NCBI GenBank assembly: GCA_000146465.1 | Contig: CP001949.1 | Reading direction: 5' to 3' (one strand) | Length of the DNA: 64,000 nt | Shown: piece after piece, positions 19,460 to 29,817 of the stretch | Layout: the number at the start of each line of letters is the position of its first letter | Numbering within the stretch: position 1 is the stretch's first letter | Translations under genes and position numbers: made by a program | The notes under the pieces: generated by a model | The model's database searches: none | What the model was told of the DNA's origin: nothing | What the model saw: the letters and a program-made list of their open reading frames with translations, nothing else

Positions 19460-21214
19460 TTATTCATACAAGCCTTGGACCATTTTGGATAGTGGCCCGT
19501 CCCCTGGCTCTCTTCCTTCAAATATATCTCTAACACATCTCAAGCCCATCTCGCTCTTCCATTCCTCTCCCTCAAACACCTCCTTCAATTTCTTTACCAT
19601 CCCAACAAGTTCAAAGTACTCAGAGCTCTCTAGCCTATGCTTCAACACTATCTCTTCAAGAACAAACCCATCTATCTTCTCTTTTACACTGTGCTTTATG
19701 GCATTGTACGACAAGCACTCTTTATAATCTTCAAGACACCTTTCAACATCAACCACTAGATTCCGGAATACCATCCCTGGATCATGAAAAAACTTCCTGA
19801 TTGGCCGGAGCCTTTCAGCTGTGTCATTCATTGCCAACGACATAATCAGCTTGAGATTCTCACTATTGAAATCAGAAATCCTCTCTAGAGATCCCGTTAC
19901 AGCCTCGTGAAGCATATCTTGAGGATTTCCTCCTTCCTCCTTCACAACCATAGTCTTATTCTCTATGCTTAATCTGCTGTCAAAGACCACCTCACTCTCT
20001 TGCTCTAGCAAAAATGTCTTCAACCTTTCAAACTCACTGTACACCCAGCAAAGAACTCTTACCTCTTGCCTGTTTATGTACCTTAGGCTTTCCAAAAACA
20101 CTCTGTTGTAGTCAACAATAATCTTAATGGCATCTTCCATCCCAAACACTGGATCCAACGTCCGGAACCTGTAGATATACAGAAGACACTCTCTTGAAAG
20201 CTCTTTGTATCCTCCAAACCATTTTACATGTCTTGCCTCGTGTATCTTCACCAGTCTTTCCCGAACATATTTCTTCTGTTCTTGGCAGAGAACACTTCCT
20301 AGAGAGGGAAATTCAAGAACAATGTTGTAGCTGTGATAAACCTCGTATCTAAACTTCATAACCTGGGTTCCAAGATGCAGTGCTAGATTTCTCTTCTGTT
20401 TACTACTACTTCCAGATATCTCTTCTATCTTCTCTTTTATTAGGTTTCCGGTCCTAACCACTAAGTCTCTAAATTCCCCATTGCCTTCGCCGTCTCTTTT
20501 GTTCTTCTTGCTTAGCTCTAGATATATGTCAAGAATCCCCCTGCTTTCACGAAGCTTCAAAAGAATGAAGTCTAGAAACCATTCAGGTTTATCCAGTCTG
20601 TTTGTATCCCTGTTGCTCATAAAGTGGTACTCAAAGCCCTTCGATATCCTTTCGTAAAGAAAGTCTATCATTGTATCTTCACAAAAATATTCCTCATATT
20701 TTCTCAGAAACTTCATATTGAACACAAACTCATGCATCTTCTGTTTGTCCTGCAACTTCTTTTCCATCTGTGACAAAATATATTCCCTTAACTTCCCCTT
20801 CTCTTCTGCATAGAACCTCTCCAGACGTCTCCCAAGGTTTCTAAATACATTCCTCTTAATCAATCCCTTAATCTTTGTAAACTCCTCAAAAGCTGCGAAT
20901 GATGTCGAAGGATGAATTCTAGAGGCCTCTTCAAATATTTCTCTGTACAGAGACTCAAATTCCCCCTTTATACTTCTCAGGACATCCTTCCTGTATTTGG
21001 AAACCTTATCTTTCAGCTCCATAAATCCTTCCTTTTTCTCAAGAAGAGCTGAAACCATTCCATTTATTTCCTTTTCCAATGCTTCTATCGCCGATCTTTC
21101 TTTCTGTGCTTGCTCGAGAAGTTGATTCCTGTACTCGATCCTGTCGTTTTCCTTTTGTTTAAATTGTTCCAGTCGGTATTCCAGATGATCCTTTTTTTTT
21201 AAAAGAACATCCAT
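19460..21214 (-). CDS. Large alpha-helical protein, possibly a tethering-complex (CATCHR/Tip20-RINT1-like) subunit
   Basis: 584-aa ORF with an N-terminal coiled coil and predicted helical-bundle remainder. Family assignment is speculative. Confidence 0.45.
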   Translation of the reverse strand: MDVLLKKKDHLEYRLEQFKQKENDRIEYRNQLLEQAQKERSAIEALEKEINGMVSALLEKKEGFMELKDKVSKYRKDVLRSIKGEFESLYREIFEEASRIHPSTSFAAFEEFTKIKGLIKRNVFRNLGRRLERFYAEEKGKLREYILSQMEKKLQDKQKMHEFVFNMKFLRKYEEYFCEDTMIDFLYERISKGFEYHFMSNRDTNRLDKPEWFLDFILLKLRESRGILDIYLELSKKNKRDGEGNGEFRDLVVRTGNLIKEKIEEISGSSSKQKRNLALHLGTQVMKFRYEVYHSYNIVLEFPSLGSVLCQEQKKYVRERLVKIHEARHVKWFGGYKELSRECLLYIYRFRTLDPVFGMEDAIKIIVDYNRVFLESLRYINRQEVRVLCWVYSEFERLKTFLLEQESEVVFDSRLSIENKTMVVKEEGGNPQDMLHEAVTGSLERISDFNSENLKLIMSLAMNDTAERLRPIRKFFHDPGMVFRNLVVDVERCLEDYKECLSYNAIKHSVKEKIDGFVLEEIVLKHRLESSEYFELVGMVKKLKEVFEGEEWKSEMGLRCVRDIFEGREPGDGPLSKMVQGLYE

Positions 21215-21383
21215 CGATGGGCCTGCTTGAAGAATTTACAAAACCCATGTCCATCACCAATATCCCAAGGTATCTTCATTCCAATCTCTCTATCAAGATC
21301 GAATCGGATATCTCATCCCTGCACGGGATTTGTGTTTGAAAAAATTTACCCCTATGAAGTCAGAGACCTCCAGGCCAACGATG

Positions 21384-21920
21384 TTCTCAAAGGTAAACAT
21401 GACAAACCCTATAACAAAGGAATACAGAATCCATGGAAGTGCAATGCCTACTGAGGACTGCCCAAGACCCCAGGTATTTGTGGCAACCATCTTTACGAAG
21501 AACCATGTGTTTGCCAAGGCAAAGTTCTTCAAGATTCTTGAGAAGAAGTACAAGATCAAAGCATCCAGAGGGTTGATTATCAACTGCGAACAGATTCCCG
21601 AGCCTTCGTTCAAGGAGGTCCAGAACTACGGGGTACGATTTGTCTACCGCAGCAGAAGTGGAATCCACAACGGATATAAGGAATGCAGAGCAATAAGCAG
21701 GTGTGGGGCTGTCGACTATGTGTTAAGGGAGCTGGCGGGCAGACACAAGCTAAAGAGATCTGCAGTGGACATAATAGGTGTGGAAGTTGTTCCTGTGGAA
21801 CAGCTGAAGAGGGCAAAAACCATGGAGTTTGCCGATGAGAATGTCGAGTTTCCTGTCTTTACCAAGATTCTCAACACCAAGAGTTTACTGATTCCTGCAG
21901 AATACAATCCCTCTGAATAA
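21384..21920 (+). CDS. 60S ribosomal protein L18a (eL20)
   Basis: KEYRIHGSAMPTE..P..FVATIF..N.V.AKAKFF..YGVRFVYRSRSGIHNGYKECRAISRCGAVD aligns with eL20 ([43 protein letters not shown]). The start could be the M at 21384 or 21405. Confidence 0.85.
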   Translation, partial: FSKVNMTNPITKEYRIHGSAMPTEDCPRPQVFVATIFTKNHVFAKAKFFKILEKKYKIKASRGLIINCEQIPEPSFKEVQNYGVRFVYRSRSGIHNGYKECRAISRCGAVDYVLRELAGRHKLKRSAVDIIGVEVVPVEQLKRAKTMEFADENVEFPVFTKILNTKSLLIPAEYNPSE

Positions 21921-22016
21921 TCCCAGGTGATCACTATTAAAGCTTATTTTATTCTTTTAGACTTCCTGTTCCAGCTTGGAGATTTGTTCTAATGTATGAG
22001 GGCCTTACCCTAAGTC

Positions 22017-24197
22017 ATGACTACAGCCGAGGCTTGTAACCTTGAGAGAATGCAACTTATATTCAACGAGATCCAGCAGTGCGATACAAAGAGATATTCG
22101 GAAACATTGAAGGAGATGGTGGAGATGTTAACTACACAGGAGCTTTTTGAGGAATTCTGCAAGGTCATAAACATTATCCTTGTATGCAAAAGGACGAGCA
22201 TCCCGTCTAGAATATCCAATTTCCTCCGAAGAACATTTGAAGATGTATCGGATGTTCCAAAGGGTGCCGAGTTTGTTCTCCAGGTGTTCTGCTACCTTTC
22301 CAAGCTTGCAGAGTCGAAGATCGCAAAGGTGAGAAAAAACTCCCTCTCTCTTCTCAGATTGTTAACAGAGACAGTGGGACCAGAGGCTATTGGAAATGGG
22401 TTTCTGGAAAGGATTTCAGAGAGGTTGTTTGATAAAGAAAAAGGAGTAAGGAAAGAAGCACTAAAAGTTCTTTCCAGTTACCAGGGAATGGAATTGAATC
22501 CAAAGGTGAGGATTGTAAACTTGTTCAAGGACATAGTCAGGCACGATCCAAGCGACGAAGTAAGAGCTCTTGCTTTGAGCCTGATCTCTATAGATCAATC
22601 GACCTATGGATGCATAACCGAAAGATGTATGGATGCAAATGAGTCAATAAGAAAGATGTTCTACGAGAATTGCCTTCTAGAAATTGATCTGAAGGGTCTT
22701 TCTCAGGATCGAAGGATCCTTTTGATGGAAAAGGCTATACTCGAAAGGGAGTTTGATGCAAAGGGACTGCTGATTGATGCCATACTTGCAGCATACAAGC
22801 TCCCTTCTGAACTCAAGGCTATGAATGAATCCTTCTATAGCAGATCTTCTCAGAGGTATCTGGAGACTTTGCTTAGGGGGATTTTTGAAAGAGTCGGGTG
22901 TGAGAAAGAGTTTGGATATCTCCTTTCGGAGCCTTCGGAAGAAAATACCTTTCTGTCAAGGGTTGAGCTCCTATACATAGAAGAATTCTTTGGAAGAGAT
23001 GACCTGCAGCTCCCAGACCTCGAGAGTTTTGTTACTGTGATGTATCAGTCGTGCCTTTCGGTTGTTGAGTCTCGAGACGCCCTGGAAAGAGAAGTAAGGG
23101 TTGAAGCAATGAAGAATCTGTTCAAGATTGCCCGATTCTACGATTTCTTTAATGAGACATCCAGAAAGTACATTCTTAGCGCTGTTTATAAGCTCCTTGG
23201 GAAGAATTCCGTAGAAGAAGTTGTGGAGGAGGCAATGCAGATAGCAAGTCTTGTCTGTGACGACGATCTGAATAGTTTCATAGGAAGTATCATAAAGAAA
23301 AATGCAAAGGCTTCTCCAAGGGTATGTCTGATGGTATGCAAGCAGGTCATGAAACACATTCATCCCTTTGGACAACTTCACGAAGCAATAATAGAAGAGA
23401 TTGTCTTGCCTAACTTAGGCTTGCAAGAAACAGTCGCAGAGATACTGGAGGTGGGGTTTTATTATGTCTTAAACAAGACTCACCATGCAATCACTCAGAG
23501 TCTTATTCACAACATAGAAGCAGATAACAAGGTGCTTAAGATGTGTGTGGATCTTGCACTCTCTCCCAATGGTGAAGAACTGCTAAGCCATGTCTTAAGA
23601 TACATAGAGAAGAAGTTGGAGGATGGGGAAAGTGAGGACATCATAATTCCAGGCTCTAAGATAGTATTATCCAAAACCAAAGCTCCAAAAGAGCTCCGAG
23701 AAAAGTTCATTGCGTTTGCACTTGAGAGATATTACCATACACAGGATGACCATCTCAAGCAGTATTGCAGCATACTGTTTTTCGAACTGTTTTCGGAAGA
23801 CAGTTCCCTTCTTACTTCCGTGTTCTGTGGTCTCCTCGAGGCCCTGGGATCCTCGTGCAAGGTATTTATCGACCAATCTCTCTATTGGATAGGAAACAGT
23901 AGGTATCCTAACGGATCACAGCTCCTCTTCTACAATATCTGTGTTTATCTTGCAGGTGGATATGGAAAGGATCAAACCAAAAAGACCCTTCTCAAGGTTC
24001 TGGAGAGAATAGAGGTCTTAAGATGCTGGGACCCAAGAATTACCAAGAAGATCCTGTTCTGCTGTCCTCTAATGGCAAAAAAGCTGGGAGGCAGGTTCAA
24101 TGTAAGCGAAGTAACAGGAAGGCTGAGAGAAATAGACGATGGTGTGCCTATTTCCCCAGAGGACTTGTGCGACGTAAGGAAGGATCTGGAGAATTGA
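22017..24197 (+). CDS. HEAT-repeat protein, condensin subunit 3 (CAP-G/Ycg1)-like
   Basis: Repeated HEAT units of the form DKEKGVRKEALKVL / RHDPSDEVRALALSLI. 726 aa. Assignment to condensin is tentative. Confidence 0.45.
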   Translation: MTTAEACNLERMQLIFNEIQQCDTKRYSETLKEMVEMLTTQELFEEFCKVINIILVCKRTSIPSRISNFLRRTFEDVSDVPKGAEFVLQVFCYLSKLAESKIAKVRKNSLSLLRLLTETVGPEAIGNGFLERISERLFDKEKGVRKEALKVLSSYQGMELNPKVRIVNLFKDIVRHDPSDEVRALALSLISIDQSTYGCITERCMDANESIRKMFYENCLLEIDLKGLSQDRRILLMEKAILEREFDAKGLLIDAILAAYKLPSELKAMNESFYSRSSQRYLETLLRGIFERVGCEKEFGYLLSEPSEENTFLSRVELLYIEEFFGRDDLQLPDLESFVTVMYQSCLSVVESRDALEREVRVEAMKNLFKIARFYDFFNETSRKYILSAVYKLLGKNSVEEVVEEAMQIASLVCDDDLNSFIGSIIKKNAKASPRVCLMVCKQVMKHIHPFGQLHEAIIEEIVLPNLGLQETVAEILEVGFYYVLNKTHHAITQSLIHNIEADNKVLKMCVDLALSPNGEELLSHVLRYIEKKLEDGESEDIIIPGSKIVLSKTKAPKELREKFIAFALERYYHTQDDHLKQYCSILFFELFSEDSSLLTSVFCGLLEALGSSCKVFIDQSLYWIGNSRYPNGSQLLFYNICVYLAGGYGKDQTKKTLLKVLERIEVLRCWDPRITKKILFCCPLMAKKLGGRFNVSEVTGRLREIDDGVPISPEDLCDVRKDLEN

Positions 24198-24209
24198 ATG
24201 CACTTTGCC

Positions 24210-26003
24210 TTACGATTCCTGGGATTCTCTCAAGCTTTTCTTCAGAAATTCCAAGAGCTTCTTTGACAATGTCTTCTCCTTGTTCTTGGCCAGATTGTAA
24301 AAAATGAACAGGCAGTAATATCTGTCGTTTCTTACGATGGACCGGATCAGGCAGCTAGTGTCAAAGATGTGAAAATAGTCTAGGGAGATCAAGAACATTT
24401 TTGAAAGAAGCTTCTTTGAGAGACTGAATCTTACTATGCTTCCAAGCAATTGGAAGAACTCATCCATTAATCTTCTCTTGGTTTCATTAAATCTTGATAT
24501 TCCATGCAAATCCACAAGGTGGAGAATAAAATTTGATTTGGAAATCCTATTCTCATAGAACATCCCTGTGCTGTCTATGATCTTCTTAAGAAAAACAGAA
24601 ACAGCCATAAGCTCTCCCTCAGCAGGGACGATGGTTAGCTCATCCCATGCAATCGCTGCAAGTACATTTACATTGTCTTCATCCACGTCTCTTGTGTCTA
24701 CCCTCTCAAAAATGTTCTCTGGAATCGAACATGTGCATTCTACATTCCATGTTTTCTGTGATTCATTCAAATGTCTGCTGTGTTCTATGGCCTTGTCTAG
24801 TAGAGAATACTGTACAAATAACTCACCAAGCACCTCGTATTTCATACACCTGACCCTATAGTCTTCGTTATCTAAATATATCAGTCCGTCAAATATCCTC
24901 CTGAGGATTGATCTTCTTAGAAAGTTCTTTTCCACAACAACTTTCAAGAAATACAAATACAGACTCAAGTCCTTTGCATCTGAACACCTACTGACAAATT
25001 CAATTGACTGGAGAATAAAGTCCTCCAGCTTTGGCCTGAACTCGATTCCTATTAGGTTGATCAGAATCCTAGGGCTTGTTTTCAGCTTGTTGAATGCATA
25101 TTCAAGAAGTTCGTCGTAATTCTCAGACACCACTTTTCGGACATTAAGTCTCTTCCAGACATCACTCCCAAGAACCTGCTTTGGAGAATCACATAACTCT
25201 AGATACTTTCCAATCACCTCGACATGAAGAGGGACATCAGTAGCATTTCGAAGAAACATTTCGATTTTTCTCAGGTCGTTTGTGTCGAGCACTGTTCTTG
25301 TAGTCTCTTTATTTACCACACATAGCTCCGGCACTCTACAGACAACCCCACATGTTTCCTGGATTCGGAGTATTATATCCGAAACATCCTCTCCTTTTTT
25401 GTACATCTGGATAAGCTTTTCAAATATCTCTTCATTGTTCCTGTACTTTTCTCTATCTAGGAGTTTTCTGATCAGTTCCAGAGAAAATATCTCCTCAATA
25501 CCCTCGTTAATGGCATCATAGTCGCTGTCCTCCAGCGGATATCCAAGAAGAAGGAGCTCGGAGATAAAAAACACTCTTCTAGATGTCTTAAACTTCTGTG
25601 CACATATTTTATAGATCTCTTCAAACATAGGACCTCGGCGAAAGTAGAAGAATTCATGTATTCGGGCCTCTGCAACGTCATTCAGCCGAGCTGCAGATTC
25701 CAGTACATGCTTTATTGAATCGATTACCATCCTTTCTGTTCTTCTGTTGGTTTTCTGGTCCTTCAAGAGGCTGAAGTAAAAGGATAGGAGGCCCGGAACA
25801 AATCTTGTGATGAGCTCCGAGGGAATTCTGTTAAGCAGGTAGTGATGGATGGAGGGATCTTCCTTAAATACATCCATGGTCTTCCTCAAGAAATACGCCA
25901 GAATCTCAGAGGAGTCCGCCAGGACTCCCATCTTCAATATCTTCTTGATTTGTTCCTCCAAACTCCCTTCCTCCTTGATTACCTCATATATTCTGCTGCT
26001 CAT
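24210..26003 (-). CDS. Hypothetical 597-aa helical protein
   Basis: Long ORF with no recognisable motif. Confidence 0.45.
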   Translation of the reverse strand: MSSRIYEVIKEEGSLEEQIKKILKMGVLADSSEILAYFLRKTMDVFKEDPSIHHYLLNRIPSELITRFVPGLLSFYFSLLKDQKTNRRTERMVIDSIKHVLESAARLNDVAEARIHEFFYFRRGPMFEEIYKICAQKFKTSRRVFFISELLLLGYPLEDSDYDAINEGIEEIFSLELIRKLLDREKYRNNEEIFEKLIQMYKKGEDVSDIILRIQETCGVVCRVPELCVVNKETTRTVLDTNDLRKIEMFLRNATDVPLHVEVIGKYLELCDSPKQVLGSDVWKRLNVRKVVSENYDELLEYAFNKLKTSPRILINLIGIEFRPKLEDFILQSIEFVSRCSDAKDLSLYLYFLKVVVEKNFLRRSILRRIFDGLIYLDNEDYRVRCMKYEVLGELFVQYSLLDKAIEHSRHLNESQKTWNVECTCSIPENIFERVDTRDVDEDNVNVLAAIAWDELTIVPAEGELMAVSVFLKKIIDSTGMFYENRISKSNFILHLVDLHGISRFNETKRRLMDEFFQLLGSIVRFSLSKKLLSKMFLISLDYFHIFDTSCLIRSIVRNDRYYCLFIFYNLAKNKEKTLSKKLLEFLKKSLRESQES

Positions 26004-26025
26004 TCAAAGGGATCCAGAATCAAGC

Positions 26026-26877
26026 TCAAGACAAGCCCCTCCATTTCTCGGCAATACCGAGATACGGCTGAAGACGCTCAGGCGATTCTAAAACATCTCC
26101 CAACCTCGGGAAATCCTCTAGTTTGACAGAATCCAAAGAGGATGGATCAATGGGGACAGAGATGATCTCTGTGGAAGGATGTACCGAAAATGGCATCTTT
26201 ATCAGATGCTTACTCTTCTGTGTTACCTCTTTATCGATTCTTATGTACATCTTCTCAAATAACTCCGACTCCTTAAACGTCTCGTCTCCAAGAAAAAAAG
26301 AATATTCTCGCAAGATCTCTTCATATTCCTTAGAGTATACTTTCTTCTTAACCACTGTGTCATAGTATCTTACTATCTCCCCTCTCTCAATATCGTTGAG
26401 CTCTAGTGCTGCCTCATCAAACACCCAACAATGCATTCCACGTCTTCCCGAAAAGACAAAGCCTACGTTCTTGAAGCCAAACTCTTTTCTCAAAGAATAA
26501 TCAAGAATCCTAACAGCCACCTTTATCAGCACCAGACACTTGTTGCATACGAGCTTTTCAGTACAGCACTCCCTAGGGTAGTCCGTCAGATCTACATCGA
26601 AAACTAGTTCCTTCCCAGCAACTTTTGGAACATTATGCTTTACAGGCCGATCCTTATAGATGGCTCCAACATCGATTCTCTCAGGGACAATTCCTAGTAG
26701 CTTCTTCCTAAATTCTTCAGCAGTCTTGAATGTAAGAAAGCGAATATATCCTCCAGACCCTAGCCCAAAAGAAATCTCCCGGTTCTCGTCGATCCGGAGA
26801 CACTTGAAAATCAGGTCCAAGGGAAACAAAGTTCTATAATATGTCTTCATCAGCCGTTCGTCAAGCCCCATTGGCAA
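26026..26877 (-). CDS. DNA primase small (catalytic) subunit PriS/Pri1
   Basis: ELVFDVDLTDY (catalytic acidic motif), zinc knuckle CCTEKLVCNKC, SGRRGMHCWV. Confidence 0.85.
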   Translation of the reverse strand: MPMGLDERLMKTYYRTLFPLDLIFKCLRIDENREISFGLGSGGYIRFLTFKTAEEFRKKLLGIVPERIDVGAIYKDRPVKHNVPKVAGKELVFDVDLTDYPRECCTEKLVCNKCLVLIKVAVRILDYSLRKEFGFKNVGFVFSGRRGMHCWVFDEAALELNDIERGEIVRYYDTVVKKKVYSKEYEEILREYSFFLGDETFKESELFEKMYIRIDKEVTQKSKHLIKMPFSVHPSTEIISVPIDPSSLDSVKLEDFPRLGDVLESPERLQPYLGIAEKWRGLS

Positions 26878-26900
26878 GGATCAAAACAATAATTTTATTT

Positions 26901-27800
26901 CTATGATGTACATGCTTGCTCAAACGGTTGAACGCTTTCCTTCCAAAAGAAATTAAATACTTGGACGCCGATCACAGTGAAGGAAAACGCCAAGAACCGT
27001 TGTACGTCTATCTCTCTGCACAGATACAAGTCGGTGACAATTGCCGAAAAGCCTGTGATCACGTTGAGAAGCGTGGACTTCTCCACTTTGTCCAGAAACA
27101 AAGAAATCTCGGATAGCAGATATGTTGTTACTATCTCCATAAGAAGCACAAGGTATATGCCTGGAGACGAGACTATCTTGACATAGGTAGATTTCTGCGA
27201 AAGCGCCTCTTCTGTCATATAGAACAAGGAAAACAGGGTGAGAAAGAACCCATATGTTGTCATATAGCACCAGAACTTCTTAAAGTCCACAAGAGTAGGC
27301 TTTATCTTGGCTTCAAACACTGCTAGGCTGACGGCTCCAAACAACCCTGATAAAGATCCAATGAACATGTGGAGTGGAATGGAGAGAGATTCTCCCGAAG
27401 ATATCTCTATAAGAAACCCTCCTAGAACCATTAGGAGCCCAATGTATTGGGTGTATGAGTACTTTGTTCCATTCCAGATTATGGCTATGAGTGCAGTAAA
27501 AAGATATTGGAGATCAGAAGAGATCACATATGATGTCGATGATGCTTTTGAATAGTACGAAAGCACCCCCAGATAACCACCAAGAAAACTTAAACTTGCA
27601 ACAATAAATGTATACTTCATCTTGAAATCAAATGATTGCATGTTTAGATATGAAATAGCCATTTTTATGAAGCTTGAGATCAACATCAGCAACCCCCCGA
27701 CTTTGTAGTTCACAAGTATCACAACTTTCAGGACAGAGAGCATCACGGCTGCAACTATGCTCATTACTACAAATATCTCTAGTTTTTTCTTGCTCCACAT
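26901..27800 (-). CDS. Polytopic membrane protein, DMT/nucleotide-sugar-transporter-like
   Basis: About 9-10 hydrophobic helices in 299 aa. Weak resemblance to SLC35/TPT carriers. Confidence 0.45.
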   Translation of the reverse strand: MWSKKKLEIFVVMSIVAAVMLSVLKVVILVNYKVGGLLMLISSFIKMAISYLNMQSFDFKMKYTFIVASLSFLGGYLGVLSYYSKASSTSYVISSDLQYLFTALIAIIWNGTKYSYTQYIGLLMVLGGFLIEISSGESLSIPLHMFIGSLSGLFGAVSLAVFEAKIKPTLVDFKKFWCYMTTYGFFLTLFSLFYMTEEALSQKSTYVKIVSSPGIYLVLLMEIVTTYLLSEISLFLDKVEKSTLLNVITGFSAIVTDLYLCREIDVQRFLAFSFTVIGVQVFNFFWKESVQPFEQACTS

Positions 27801-27984
27801 CTGCCCCTAGGGCTTTATTATTTAGATTTAAACATATCAGTAGATTAGTTTCAAAGAGTGATGAAGTAGTGTCTATTATGATAAGTCTTGAGGGAAGAGA
27901 GAGCCAAAGCATTGGAAGAAGATAAACCCGGGATGGTTGGAGATTGTAAGTTATTTCGGCTGGAGGGCTTCCCCCTCTATTTGG

Positions 27985-28518
27985 ATGTTCTACAGTGCAA
28001 AGATCGAGGACAAAATTAAAATTTCCCTAAACAGCAATGTGGAGAAAAAAAGAGAAGTCTTTGAGGAGCTTAAGAAAAAGTATGTTGGAAGAACACTAGA
28101 AAACACTAGCATGTGTGTTCTTATAGAAAGGGTTATAGATGTCTATGAATATAAAGTATATGACGAATTCCTAGTTGCCGAGGTTGAGTTTGAGGCACTT
28201 TTCTTTAGATTTTTCAAGGATGAAGTGGGATGTGGAACAATACTGGAACAGAATGAGAAGGGCATAAGGATCGGAGTATCCTTTTTCCACAATCTCTGGG
28301 CTAAGAAGGACTTCCTGCCGTCTGTGAGCGAAAAGGCATATGTGAGCGATTGTGGAGAAAAGCAATTGGCCTGGGTGTGGATTTACCGAGAGAACAAATT
28401 GTATTTTAGAAGGAAGTCCTGTATAAGATTCCGAGTTTTGCATCCCGAGGAGAAGTCTTCCCTTGTTCTCTGTGGTCTCAACGAGGCGGGATTGGGGCCA
28501 TTAGAATGGTGGGTGTAG
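27985..28518 (+). CDS. RNA polymerase Rpb7/Rpc25/Rpa43-family subunit
   Basis: N-terminal MFYSAKIEDKIKISL..VYDEFLVAEVEFEALFFRFFKDEV matches the Rpb7 tip domain (..G.AEF.V.F.A.VFRPFKGEV), followed by an S1-like region. Start at the internal Met. Confidence 0.55.
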   Translation: MFYSAKIEDKIKISLNSNVEKKREVFEELKKKYVGRTLENTSMCVLIERVIDVYEYKVYDEFLVAEVEFEALFFRFFKDEVGCGTILEQNEKGIRIGVSFFHNLWAKKDFLPSVSEKAYVSDCGEKQLAWVWIYRENKLYFRRKSCIRFRVLHPEEKSSLVLCGLNEAGLGPLEWWV

Positions 28519-28776
28519 GAAGTACAGGGCTTGGATGGTGTAAACAGGGTTTGTGTGGCCCCTATGGAGAAAATGGGTTGCGAGGAGGAAAGGTTAGATA
28601 TGATTATAAGAAGCTTACGTGAAATGTCCGCAGATCTGGACCATCTCCTCCTTCTTGGATCAGATGTTAAGGACTTGAGCCGAAATCTTGATAAGTTTCT
28701 GTGATGTTTCTTTTCTGGATGCTGTTTCCGAGAATAAAGAGTTTTCCTAAAATTGTCTAAATCCCTTGAATCTACC

Positions 28777-29646
28777 ATGAAAGTACAAAAAATTATAGAG
28801 TTGATCAAGCGGTCCTATGACCAGCCAATATTGTTCCATAGGCTCCACTGTCACTTGGCCTACATTCTGGAAAAAGGCAATCTGTTGTATGAAATATCTG
28901 ATGAGTGGTCAAGAATACTAGTTCTCAGTGCAACCCAGAGCAAGGACCCGAACCAAGGCCTCGAAAGAAAGATTCTGTCGTTTCTAAAGGAAATAAGACC
29001 TCCAGTGAGTAGCAAGGAATCAAGATTGAAGCTGTGGATAATTTTGTACTATCTTAGCAGCAGATCTCCAACCCAGGTGAATCATTTGGTGCTTTTTGAA
29101 CTTGTTTCCAACTTCATAGGTACCTCGCCTTTTGTGGATGGGCTCATCTTGTCAATATTCAGCAGAGCTGTTACCTGCACCAGCTTTGGCCTTGAAAGTA
29201 ACAAGAAGTTGGGAAATGAGAGTATTGGGCATCTGCTTGAAATAATAAAGAAGAAGTCCTTAGGAGTTCTGTGCAGGGCCTTGGCTCTTCCATGTTATAT
29301 AAATCACAAGGTCGAGCCGCCATCCCTCCTAGACCTAGTTGTTGAAAACGATGCACAGACCCTCATAGTTCTGGAAAGAGTATTCTTCTATGCGAAGTAT
29401 TCCAAGCATGTTGAGTTTGTGAAAAAAATAGTTCCAGACGATGCAGTCTTTGTTAGTAGCTTGAAAGAGTTTATCTCTAAGTCCTTTCGTGTAAGTACCA
29501 AAGATGGTGGGGGATGTCAGGTTGCAGATAGTGTTGTTGATAATCTCGGCATATTGAACGAAATAAAGAGGGCATATGAAGAGGCACGGGACAAAAAAAG
29601 ATTTGTATCGAGGATCACAGAGTTTGTGATGGAGTTGGATAAGTAG
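28777..29646 (+). CDS. Hypothetical protein
   Basis: ORF of about 290 aa with no recognised motifs. Confidence 0.4.
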   Translation: MKVQKIIELIKRSYDQPILFHRLHCHLAYILEKGNLLYEISDEWSRILVLSATQSKDPNQGLERKILSFLKEIRPPVSSKESRLKLWIILYYLSSRSPTQVNHLVLFELVSNFIGTSPFVDGLILSIFSRAVTCTSFGLESNKKLGNESIGHLLEIIKKKSLGVLCRALALPCYINHKVEPPSLLDLVVENDAQTLIVLERVFFYAKYSKHVEFVKKIVPDDAVFVSSLKEFISKSFRVSTKDGGGCQVADSVVDNLGILNEIKRAYEEARDKKRFVSRITEFVMELDK

Positions 29647-29674
29647 TTATGAGTCCGGAACAGGAAAAGAGCAA

Positions 29675-29747
29675 CACCCTGAGCGGGACTCGAACCCGCA
29701 ATCTTCTGCTTAGAAGGCAGACGCGTTAGCCATTACGCCATCAGGGC
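29675..29747 (-). tRNA. tRNA-Arg (anticodon TCT)
   Basis: Reverse complement folds as GCCCTGA-TG-GCGT-AATGGCTA-ACGC-G-TCTGC-CTTCTAA-GCAGA-AGATT-GCGGG-TTCGAGT-CCCGC-TCAGGGT-G, a classic tRNA-Arg(UCU). Confidence 0.9.
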
Positions 29748-29817
29748 TCGATCCCACGCCTACCAATCCCCAATACCTCTGGAATCCAAACAACTTGCGA
29801 AACCTTGCGAAGCCCTC

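Noticed and set aside
29490-29519. GTAAGTACC...CAG, a 30-nt in-frame segment in the 28777-29646 gene
   Set aside because: No branch-like TTAAT/TTTTAG 3' end. The ORF is open without splicing and a 30-nt in-frame removal gains nothing. Treated as coincidence.
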